In this document: piece by piece, positions 1 through 6,927 of the stretch
Layout of the letters: each line of letters starts with the position of its first letter
How positions within the stretch are numbered: the first letter of the stretch is position 1
Assembly: GCA_013416795.1 (NCBI GenBank)
Contig: RQSC01000013.1
Span: 90,465-98,008 of the forward strand
Direction of reading: 5' to 3'
Length of the DNA: 7,544 bases
Source of the DNA: Prasinococcaceae sp. CCMP 1430
Lineage: Eukaryota; Plantae; Prasinodermophyta
The notes under the pieces: generated by a model
Told to the model about the DNA's origin: nothing
The model's input: the letters and a program-made list of their open reading frames with translations, nothing else
The model's database searches: none
Position numbers and translations under genes: made by a program

Positions 1-2
1 CG

Positions 3-1145
3 TTCGCGGGGCTCGGATCCGGAGCGGGGCTGGGCGCGCCGACCAGGGGCGGCGGCGGCGGCGGCGGCGCGCGCGCGCCCGCCTCCAAGAGGAAAGGCGC
101 CGCATCCGACGTGGGCGCGTTCGAGGCGCACACCAAGGGCATCGGAGCCAAGCTCCTGGCCAAGATGGGATGGAAGGCGGGCGAGGGCATCGGCATGGGC
201 GGCAAGGGCATCGCGAAGCCCATCGAGACGCACCTGCGGCCCAAGGGGATGGGGCTCGGGGCGGGCGGGTTCGACGAAACCCGCGGCGCGCCGGGGCGGC
301 GGCGCGCCGACAGCGACGAGGAGGGCGACGGCGGGAGGACGGGGGGCGCCGGTCCGGGCGGCGAGGGCGAGACGGATCGCGACATCGCCCGCGCTCGCGC
401 GAGGCAGCGCGAGCAGGAGGGGCGCAAGGGGATGTGGCAGAAGCGCGCCGCGCCCAAGCGCGCCAAGGACGTCTACAAGACCGCCGAGGAGGTGCTCCTG
501 GCGCAGCAGCGACAGCAGGGAGGCGCGCCGCCGGGCGGCGCGGCCGCCGCCCCGGGCGTGCTGGGCCTCGAGGAGAAGAAGCTCACCGTCGTCGACATGC
601 GCGGCCCGAGCGGGCCCCGCGTGGTGTCCAACATGAACAGCCTGGCGCTCGACGCCGCAGCCGCGCCCGACGTGCCCATGCCCGAGCTGCAGCACAACGT
701 GCGCCTGGTGGTGGACGTCGCCGAGGCGCGCATTCGCGACCTCGAGAGGCAGCGCAGGACGGAGGAGAGCGCGGCGAGCGCCTACGCGCGGGAGGCGACG
801 CTCGCGGAGGCCGAGGCCGAGGCGGCCTCGACGGAGCACGGCAGGCTCGCGGGGCTGCTCGCGGCGCTCGAGGCGAGGGAGAGGCTGCTCACCAACGCCG
901 CCCCCTCGCCGCCCGCCTCTGCGAGCTCGGCCGACGAGCAGCGCGTGTCCGCCGTGGCGAAGCTCTTCTGCGCGCTCCGGGAGCGCTTCGGCGCGCAGTG
1001 CGAGGCGTACGGCGTGGCGCGCGTGGCGCTCGGCGACGCCCTCCCCGCGGCGAGGAGGCTCATGCGCGGGTGGGAGCCGCTCGCGGAGCCCGCCCGCGGC
1101 GCGGCCGCCATGGGGGCGCTCAGGCGCGCGCTGGACCCGACGTGG
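3..1145 (+). CDS. TFIP11: Tuftelin-interacting protein 11 / Ntr1-Spp382 / STIPL homolog, 5'-partial exon containing the G-patch
   Basis: The frame is open from base 3 (FAGLGSG...), so the true start lies upstream of the window. G-patch at about 132-260: FEAHTKGIGAKLLAKMGWKAGEGIGMGGKGIAKPIETHLRPKGMGLG. It is followed by TFIP11-typical motifs VVDMRGP and PMPELQHNVRLVVDVAE, a coiled-coil-like stretch, and WEPL. The exon end at 1145 is inferred from a GT donor at 1146 in phase with the downstream exon. Confidence 0.92.
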
Positions 1146-1311
1146 GTGGGGCGAAGGGAAAGGGGGGGGGGAGGGGCACGTGTGTGTGTGTGGTAGGTGG
1201 TGGTGGTGGTGGGAGTGACGCGGCTGGGTGCGCAGGTGCGCCACTCCCTGCGCGCCGCGCGCGGAGGCTGTGTGAGGGTCTCTCGCAGCAGGGGCCGGCC
1301 TTATCCCGCAG
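1146..1311 (+). other. Predicted spliceosomal GT-AG intron (166 bp)
   Basis: TGG|GTGGGG ... CCTTATCCCGCAG|GCG gives a phase-0 join (..LDPTW|ATSPRPCAMAAM..) that links the two TFIP11-like ORFs in different frames and removes the stop at 1194-1196. The interior is low complexity (G-run, (GT)n, (GGT)n). The acceptor is convincing; the donor is the best in-phase candidate. Confidence 0.75.
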
Positions 1312-2535
1312 GCGACGTCGCCGCGGCCGTGCGCGATGGCAGCGATGTGCGCGCTCGCGCCGCTGCGCTCGGCCGTGACCAATCCTCCGCCGCGCGGATG
1401 GTGCGCGCGCGAGCCCGAGGCGCTGCTGGCGGTGCTCGAGGCGTGGCGGGACGCGCTGCCCGACGCGCAGCGCGCGGACCTGCTCGCGTCGCTCGTCGCC
1501 CCCAAGCTCGCTCGGGAGCTGGAGCGGTGGGAGCCCGGCCTCTCGCCCTCGGACCCCCTCCACGCGTGGCTCCATCCGTGGCTCCCCTGGATCGGCGAGG
1601 AGCGCCTGCGGCCGCTGTGGGAGCCCGTGCGGCGCAAGCTGCAGGCGTCGCTCGAGGGGTGGGAGCCCGCCGACCCGCGCGGCCGCGAGGCGCTCGGGCC
1701 GTGGCGCGCGGTCCTCGGCCGGCGCGACTGGGGGAAGCTGCTGTCGCGCGCGGTGGTGCCGCCGCTGGCGCAGCGATTCGTCGAGGCCTTCGGGGCGCCG
1801 TTATTTGAGGATGGGGGCGGGGCGGGGGGCGGGGCGGGGGACGGGGCGGGGGACGGGGGTGGAGCGGGCGGCGAGGCGGGAGGCGAGGCGGGCGCCGCCG
1901 CCGCGCTCTCCCTCGCGCTGGGGTGGTCCGATCTGATGCCGCTCGAGATGCTCGCCGCGCTCCTCGAGGCGCACTTCTTCCCTGGCTTGCTGAGGGCGCT
2001 GCACGCGTGGCTGCTGCGCGACCCGGACCTGGACGCCGTCTCCGCGTGGTACCTGCGGTGGAAGGAGAGGCTGCCGGAGGACGTGGCGGCGAGCCACGCC
2101 GTGCGGAACGGCCTCAACGCGGCGCTCGACATGATGAACGCCGCGGTGGCCGACGCCGAGGCGTTCGCCGTCACGACGGCCGAGCAGTACATCGCGGCAC
2201 CCGCGGTGGGGAGGGCCGCGGGAGCCGAGGAGGGGCGCGCGGGCGGGGGAGGGGGCGCCGGCGCCGACGCCGGCGCCGGCGCCGGCGCGCGCGTCCCTCG
2301 GCGCGACGCGAGCCTGAAGGAGCTCGTGTCTTCCTTCGCCGAGGAGCACGGCCTGCTCTTCCAGCCCAAGGCGGGGCGCCTCGAGGGCGGCCACCAGGTG
2401 TACTCGCTCGGCGGCGTGAGCGTCACGCTCGACACGCGCCACGAGCGCGTCGAGGCGTGGATCGGAGGCCGCTGGGCGCCCGCCAGCCTCAACCAGATCC
2501 TCGAGGAGGACCAGCGGAGGCGAGCGAGCGCGTAA
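1312..2535 (+). CDS. TFIP11: TFIP11 terminal exon (GCFC-type W/P-rich helical region and C-terminal domain)
   Basis: Family motifs: W.AREPEALL, WEP...LHAWLHPWLPWIG, VRRKLQASLEGWEPAD..GREALGPWRAV, HFFP, WYLRWKERLP, LNAALDMMN, and the C-terminal LKELVSSFAEEHGLLFQPKAGR..GHQVYSLGGVSVTLD. Stop TAA at 2533-2535. Confidence 0.92.
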   Translation, partial: ATSPRPCAMAAMCALAPLRSAVTNPPPRGWCAREPEALLAVLEAWRDALPDAQRADLLASLVAPKLARELERWEPGLSPSDPLHAWLHPWLPWIGEERLRPLWEPVRRKLQASLEGWEPADPRGREALGPWRAVLGRRDWGKLLSRAVVPPLAQRFVEAFGAPLFEDGGGAGGGAGDGAGDGGGAGGEAGGEAGAAAALSLALGWSDLMPLEMLAALLEAHFFPGLLRALHAWLLRDPDLDAVSAWYLRWKERLPEDVAASHAVRNGLNAALDMMNAAVADAEAFAVTTAEQYIAAPAVGRAAGAEEGRAGGGGGAGADAGAGAGARVPRRDASLKELVSSFAEEHGLLFQPKAGRLEGGHQVYSLGGVSVTLDTRHERVEAWIGGRWAPASLNQILEEDQRRRASA

Positions 2536-2645
2536 TTTGTTGTCGTTGTTGCGCGCATGTATTGTACTGTACAGTATTTTTTTCGTGCGGGCCGGCCTGC
2601 GCTGCACTGCTGCAGCTGGGCGCGGGCGCTTTCGGGCTACGAGTG

Positions 2646-2771
2646 CCTCCCCCCCCCCCTCCCCCCCCCCTCGCGCGCCACCCCCACCCCCACTCCCACC
2701 CACCAAGCACGCACGCACGCACACACACAAACACACGCGCGCGCGCGCGCGCACACACACACACACACACG
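2646..2771. repeat. Compound simple repeat: C11, C10, (CCCCCA)-like, (GCAC)n, (CA)n-(GC)8-(CA)n
   Basis: Read directly: C-runs at 2649-2659 and 2661-2670; alternating purine-pyrimidine tracts at 2707-2729 and 2731-2771, including (GC)8 at 2737-2752. Confidence 0.95.
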
Positions 2772-2862
2772 GGAAGTGCCCCAAGGCCCGCGCCGTGCAT
2801 GGCTCTACAAACACATGTACAGCAGGGCAGGCGCTTGCTTGCGCCTCGACGAGCGCGCCCTT

Positions 2863-4152
2863 CTACGGCGAGCCGGAGGCGGCGTGCTGGCGCAGCATCG
2901 CCGCGGCGTCCTTGTAGTTCCCCCGTTCGGCGTAATAGAGCGGCGTGTGGCCGTCTTTGTCGCGAGCGGATGCGTCGGCGCCGGCCTCGAGCAGCAGCCG
3001 CAGGCAGTTGGGGCTGTCCGACCACATCGTCGTGTGCAAGGGTGTCCGGCCGTATTCGCCGCGAGCGGATGCGTCGGCGCCGGCCTCGAGCAGCAGCCGT
3101 AGGCAGTCGGTGCTGTCTCTCATCGCCGTGATGTGCACGGGTGTGTTGCCGTCTTTGTCGCGAGCGGATGTGTCGGCGCCCGCCTCGAGCAGCAGCCGCA
3201 GGCAGTTGGGACTGTCTCTCTCCGCCACGATGTGCAAGGGTGTTTGGCCGTATTGGTCGAAAGTGGATGCGTCGGCGCCCGCCTCGAGCAGCAGCCGCAG
3301 GCAGTTGGGACTGTCTCCCTCCGCCATGATGTGCACGGGTGTCTCGCCGCGGCCGTTCGCCTTGTTCTTGTCGGCGCCCGCCTCGAGCAGCAGCCGCACG
3401 CAGTCGGCGCTGTCCCCCACGATGCGATGCAAGTGCGTATTGCCTTCAATGTCCACGTTGTCCGCGTCGCCGCCAGCCTCGAGGACCAGCCGCAGGCAGT
3501 CGGCAGAATGACAATACCTGGTGCGATGCACATTCGCGCCTCGAAAAAGCGCGTGGCGGAGCGCAGATGCAATGCCGTAGTGTGCTGCACGTTCGAGCAT
3601 CCAGTCCACGCCCCATTCAGGACCATAAATGTCGTCCCATTCCCATTCCTCGAGAACATCATCAAGGACCCGGACGAGATCCAGCTTCTTCGCGTCGCGC
3701 ATCGCGCGCGCCTTCCGCATGGGGATCGCGTTGACTCCCGCAAACTGCGTAACCAGCAGCAACGCCTGGCGCGCGCGCTCCGCCGACGCAGCGTCAGGGC
3801 CGTCCACGCCGCCGCTGACGTCCATGCCACGGCTGCCACTGCCGCTGCCGCCTGTGGCCAACTCTGTGGCCCTGGCGCGGTAGAAGCGCGCCTGCTTCGC
3901 CATCCGGCGTAAGGCTTCCTCAATGAAACTCTCATCTAGTAGTTGGTCATCATCCTCAGGTGAGCACGCAGCAATTGCCCACTTGATTTCCCATTCCATC
4001 GCGCGGCACTCGTCCGACGCCTCGCACACGGCGGCTTCGTTCACGCCACACGCCTGAACTGCCAGCAACAGCGCCTGGCGCGCGCTTCTCGCCGACGGCG
4101 CGCCCTGACCGCTCACGCCGCCGCCTGCGCCGCCCGCGCCGCCCGCGTCCAT
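2863..4152 (-). CDS. Ankyrin-repeat protein (429 aa; about 6-7 C-terminal ANK repeats, unrecognised N-terminal half)
   Basis: ATG at 4152 with an in-frame TGA just upstream (4177-4179); TAG at 2863-2865. Six copies of C[LV]RL[LV]LEAG[AG]D, each followed by G.T[PH][LV][HY] (GNTHLH, GETPVH, GQTPLH, GNTPVH, GRTPLH, GHTPLY), at 33-aa spacing (one 32-aa). A degenerate first repeat reads AAHYGIASALRHALFRGANV. Confidence 0.9.
   Translation of the reverse strand: MDAGGAGGAGGGVSGQGAPSARSARQALLLAVQACGVNEAAVCEASDECRAMEWEIKWAIAACSPEDDDQLLDESFIEEALRRMAKQARFYRARATELATGGSGSGSRGMDVSGGVDGPDAASAERARQALLLVTQFAGVNAIPMRKARAMRDAKKLDLVRVLDDVLEEWEWDDIYGPEWGVDWMLERAAHYGIASALRHALFRGANVHRTRYCHSADCLRLVLEAGGDADNVDIEGNTHLHRIVGDSADCVRLLLEAGADKNKANGRGETPVHIMAEGDSPNCLRLLLEAGADASTFDQYGQTPLHIVAERDSPNCLRLLLEAGADTSARDKDGNTPVHITAMRDSTDCLRLLLEAGADASARGEYGRTPLHTTMWSDSPNCLRLLLEAGADASARDKDGHTPLYYAERGNYKDAAAMLRQHAASGSP
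2940..3505 (-). repeat. 99-bp tandem repeat encoding the ankyrin units
   Basis: The GTCGGCGCC[GC]GCCTCGAGCAGCAGCCG core starts at 2974, 3073, 3172, 3271 and 3370 (exact 99-bp steps), with a diverged copy at 3466. Confidence 0.95.
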
Positions 4153-4281
4153 CTCCAGCCCTTCGCACGAGTACGCTCACCCTCGACCGCACGCACGCAA
4201 GCTCGTCCAGAGAGCCGGCCCCCACGAACGGCGCTGGGGTGGAGGGCACCGCCGCTGCCGCCCGAACGCGCGCGCAGTGTG

Positions 4282-4428
4282 GCGCCACCGCCGGCGCCGC
4301 GTGCAAAAAAGCGCCGCTGTCAAATCGCGCGCGGACACGCACGCGCACGCGCACACAACAAAACGCATCCGGACGCGTCAAATCGAATCACACCCGCGAC
4401 GCCGCCTCGTCGAGTCCAAACGTCAAAC
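4282..4428. repeat. Diverged dispersed repeat, copy A (homologous to 6603-6746)
   Basis: The 4282-4324 core aligns by eye to 6603-6644 with 36 matches in 45 columns. Further collinear anchors: GACACGC, CGTCAAA, AATCA, AAACGTCA. Confidence 0.6.
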
Positions 4429-4760
4429 GCTGCCCACATCGGAAGGCGACTTCGTGGTGGAGAAACGCCTTGCGACGGCCGAGCAAGAGCATCATCGAGA
4501 GCGAATGATGCAATACGAAGCCCGGGCAGAGCTAGCGGCCGTGTAATGACGTCCAGAGCGCACATCTACATGCCTCAGCATGCCTACCAACAAAAAACTG
4601 CTTCCATGCGTCGAATGTCCGGCGAACAGCCGCCGAGCATTCCAACGCTGCCTCCAAGCGCAGACAGCGCCATCAATCAGCCTCCCGCCCCTCATGACCC
4701 CCTTATTATTATAGGGATCTGCAGGTAGGTTAAATGCATGCAAAAAGTGCAGGCAGCCGG

Positions 4761-4860
4761 CGCGGGATTAGGATCTGGGGGGCGGCATTTAGGACCCGGG
4801 GGCGGAATTAAGGTCGAGGGGGGAGGAATTAAGGTCGGTCCGTTACGAATTAGGATTGGC
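4761..4860 (+). repeat. Degenerate ~21-bp minisatellite (5 units) with an ATTA(A)GG core
   Basis: Cores GATTAGGATC (4766), ATTTAGGACC (4787), GGAATTAAGGTCG (4804 and 4825, exact 13-bp repeat) and GAATTAGGATT (4847) recur at 20-21 bp spacing. Confidence 0.65.
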
Positions 4861-4893
4861 GCGCGCGCGGGGGGGGGGGGGGGGGGGGGGGGG

Positions 4894-5833
4894 NNNNNNN
4901 NNNNNNNNNNNNNNNNNNNNNNNNNNNNNNNNNNNNNNNNNNNNNNNNNNNNNNNNNNNNNNNNNNNNNNNNNNNNNNNNNNNNNNNNNNNNNNNNNNNN
5001 NNNNNNNNNNNNNNNNNNNNNNNNNNNNNNNNNNNNNNNNNNNNNNNNNNNNNNNNNNNNNNNNNNNNNNNNNNNNNNNNNNNNNNNNNNNNNNNNNNNN
5101 NNNNNNNNNNNNNNNNNNNNNNNNNNNNNNNNNNNNNNNNNNNNNNNNNNNNNNNNNNNNNNNNNNNNNNNNNNNNNNNNNNNNNNNNNNNNNNNNNNNN
5201 NNNNNNNNNNNNNNNNNNNNNNNNNNNNNNNNNNNNNNNNNNNNNNNNNNNNNNNNNNNNNNNNNNNNNNNNNNNNNNNNNNNNNNNNNNNNNNNNNNNN
5301 NNNNNNNNNNNNNNNNNNNNNNNNNNNNNNNNNNNNNNNNNNNNNNNNNNNNNNNNNNNNNNNNNNNNNNNNNNNNNNNNNNNNNNNNNNNNNNNNNNNN
5401 NNNNNNNNNNNNNNNNNNNNNNNNNNNNNNNNNNNNNNNNNNNNNNNNNNNNNNNNNNNNNNNNNNNNNNNNNNNNNNNNNNNNNNNNNNNNNNNNNNNN
5501 NNNNNNNNNNNNNNNNNNNNNNNNNNNNNNNNNNNNNNNNNNNNNNNNNNNNNNNNNNNNNNNNNNNNNNNNNNNNNNNNNNNNNNNNNNNNNNNNNNNN
5601 NNNNNNNNNNNNNNNNNNNNNNNNNNNNNNNNNNNNNNNNNNNNNNNNNNNNNNNNNNNNNNNNNNNNNNNNNNNNNNNNNNNNNNNNNNNNNNNNNNNN
5701 NNNNNNNNNNNNNNNNNNNNNNNNNNNNNNNNNNNNNNNNNNNNNNNNNNNNNNNNNNNNNNNNNNNNNNNNNNNNNNNNNNNNNNNNNNNNNNNNNNNN
5801 NNNNNNNNNNNNNNNNNNNNNNNNNNNNNNNNN
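4894..5833. other. Assembly gap (940 N) flanked by G homopolymers
   Basis: N-run at 4894-5833, with G25 at 4869-4893 and G9 at 5834-5842. Confidence 0.99.
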
Positions 5834-6027
5834 GGGGGGGGGCTGCGCGCCGAGGGCGCACTGGCGCGCCGAGGGCGCAGCGCGCGAGCGCGCAGCAGCG
5901 CGTGCCCGTCGTTTGAGATTGGATTGGTATCGCGGCGTGCGCAGTGGCCGGTCGGTGGGCCGGGGGGCGAGCGCTTTTTTTTTGGCCGCCTTTCTTTTTC
6001 GCGAGGAAATGATGCAGCGGGGAAAGA

Positions 6028-6032
6028 TTACA
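6028..6032 (-). promoter_or_regulatory. Possible TGTAA polyadenylation signal for the minus-strand Ser/Pro-TM gene
   Basis: Plus-strand TTACA reads TGTAA on the minus strand, 164 nt downstream of the TGA at 6196. UGUAA is the established chlorophyte poly(A) signal, but a 5-mer can occur by chance. Confidence 0.3.
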
Positions 6033-6195
6033 CTTATTGGGAGCGCTTTGGCAGAATGCATTCGTTTGACCTGGGCTCGAGGGCGAGGGGGCGGGCGACT
6101 GCAATTCGCACGTAAAAATGCATGAGGACAGCGGACGGCGTCGAGCGCCGTTCGTGCCGCATCTACGAGGGCCGTGGTGCCGATGCTGGTGGCCG

Positions 6196-6507
6196 TCACT
6201 CGCGCTGGGCAGGAGTAGAGGGAGTCGTATCGACGGTGTGCTCGCTCTCCCTCGGCCTCCTGCTGCGCAGCCGCAGGAAGAGGGCAGCGGCCACCACGGC
6301 GGCGGCGGCGACGCTGGCGGCGGAGATGCCGCCAGTGCAGTGAGGCGCGGGAGTCCTCGGAGGCGGGCTCTCGGGAGGGGAAGGCGGTGGTGGAGGTGGG
6401 CTCGGGGGAGGCGGGCTCGGCGGGCTCGGAGGAGGCGGTGGAGGGGGTGGAGGGGGCGGGCTCGGAGGAGACGGGCTCGGAGATGGTAGTGGAGGAGAAG
6501 CAGGGCT
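6196..6507 (-). CDS. Ser/Pro-rich (extensin/HRGP-like SPn) stalk + single transmembrane helix + short cytosolic tail; probable last exon or gene fragment
   Basis: SPASPPLPSPSPSPPSPPPPPPPPPPPSPPSPPPPSPPPPPPSPPESPPP, then hydrophobic ISAASVAAAAVVAAALFL (6327-6274), then basic RLRSRRPR (positive-inside rule) and a 17-aa tail ending at TGA 6196-6198. The in-frame sequence upstream of 6507 does not look like a signal peptide, so the 5' boundary is uncertain. Confidence 0.6.
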   Translation of the reverse strand, partial: SPASPPLPSPSPSPPSPPPPPPPPPPPSPPSPPPPSPPPPPPSPPESPPPRTPAPHCTGGISAASVAAAAVVAAALFLRLRSRRPRESEHTVDTTPSTPAQRE

Positions 6508-6602
6508 CCGGGGAAGAGATCGACGAAAAGGAGATCGACGGGCGCAAAAGAGGTGCGTGAAAACGCGGCACGTGGTCGTACACCTGCCGGGGTCGCGTCT
6601 GC

Positions 6603-6746
6603 GCGCCACTGCAAGCGCCGCTCGTGCAAAACGCCGCTGACAAAAATGCAGCACATGCCATGCAGCGACCGCGTGCCGACACGCTACTCAATGTCCCTGC
6701 AGACGAACGTCAAAATCAACAATCAAATACAGCAAAAACGTCAGAC
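6603..6746. repeat. Diverged dispersed repeat, copy B (homologous to 4282-4428)
   Basis: GCGCCACTGCAAGCGCCGCTCGTGCAAAACGCCGCTGACAAA versus GCGCCACCGCCGGCGCCGCGTGCAAAAAAGCGCCGCTGTCAAA, plus collinear downstream anchors. Confidence 0.6.
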
Positions 6747-6927
6747 AGTCATAACTCTGCGCTCAGGCATACATTTCGACATCTGAAAAGTGCTCAGGGA
6801 TCGTCGAGATCAGCCGCAGCCTCTACGCGCTCAACCAGGGCGCCCAAACGCCTGCAAGGCGCTCGTCATGGAACCGCCGAGACGGCTCGAAAAGCCTGAA
6901 AAACCCTACACTGAATTCAGGGTAATG

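Noticed and set aside
111-113. GTG start of ORF 111..1196
   Set aside because: The frame is open back to base 3 and TFIP11 proteins have an N-terminal region before the G-patch; this codon is an internal Val.
1142-1198. Alternative donors GTGGGT (1142) and GTAGGT (1193)
   Set aside because: Both are phase 2 and do not match the phase-0 acceptor at 1311. The acceptors at 1288 and 1291 need phase 1.
3-2535. Functional link between TFIP11/Ntr1 (reported to interact with PinX1 and telomere/DSB factors) and its position near a telomere
   Set aside because: Gene position gives no evidence for such a link; most likely coincidence.
2565-2576. 12-bp palindrome TACTGTACAGTA followed by a T-run after the TFIP11 stop
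   Set aside because: Resembles a terminator only superficially; this is a eukaryotic 3' UTR and the hairpin would be too weak.
170-3131. Long overlapping ORFs (170..1378, 1197..1808, 1801..2814, 1923..3131, 473..733, 782..1111, 1120..1575 and others)
   Set aside because: Arg/Ala/Gly-rich shadow frames expected in very GC-rich DNA overlapping the real TFIP11 gene; no recognisable motifs.
2974-3505. Regularly spaced repeats resembling a CRISPR array
   Set aside because: The 99-bp period is coding (33-aa ankyrin), the intervening parts are homologous to each other, and the context is eukaryotic with no cas genes.
2945-3935. ORFs antisense or frameshifted to the ankyrin gene (2945..3511, 3120..3935, 3133..3912 and others)
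   Set aside because: Their periodicity is only a reflection of the 99-bp ankyrin repeat.
4175-4183. Strong-looking minus-strand donor AGG|GTGAGC just upstream of the ankyrin ATG
   Set aside because: No plausible nearby acceptor and no convincing upstream coding exon; cannot be supported without transcripts.
4239-4730. Short plus-strand ORFs (4277..4546, 4279..4728) and a CAG|GTAGGT donor at 4725
   Set aside because: No domain similarity and no GC3 bias like the host gene. Any downstream exon would fall in the gap, so it cannot be tested here.
5845-5879. 16-bp direct repeat GCGCGCCGAGGGCGCA (5845 and 5864)
   Set aside because: Real but a simple local tandem duplication next to the gap; no evidence of function or of a target-site duplication.
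6342-6560. Plus-strand Glu/Gly-rich reading (..GSEEAVEGVEGAGSEETGSEMVVEEKQGSGEEIDEKEIDGRKRGA)
   Set aside because: An antisense by-product of the Ser/Pro repeat; the minus frame has the coherent stalk-TM-basic tail architecture.
4692-6691. Very long ORFs spanning the N-run (4692..6656, 4738..5916, 4850..6691, 4856..6115)
   Set aside because: Artefacts of translating Ns without stops.
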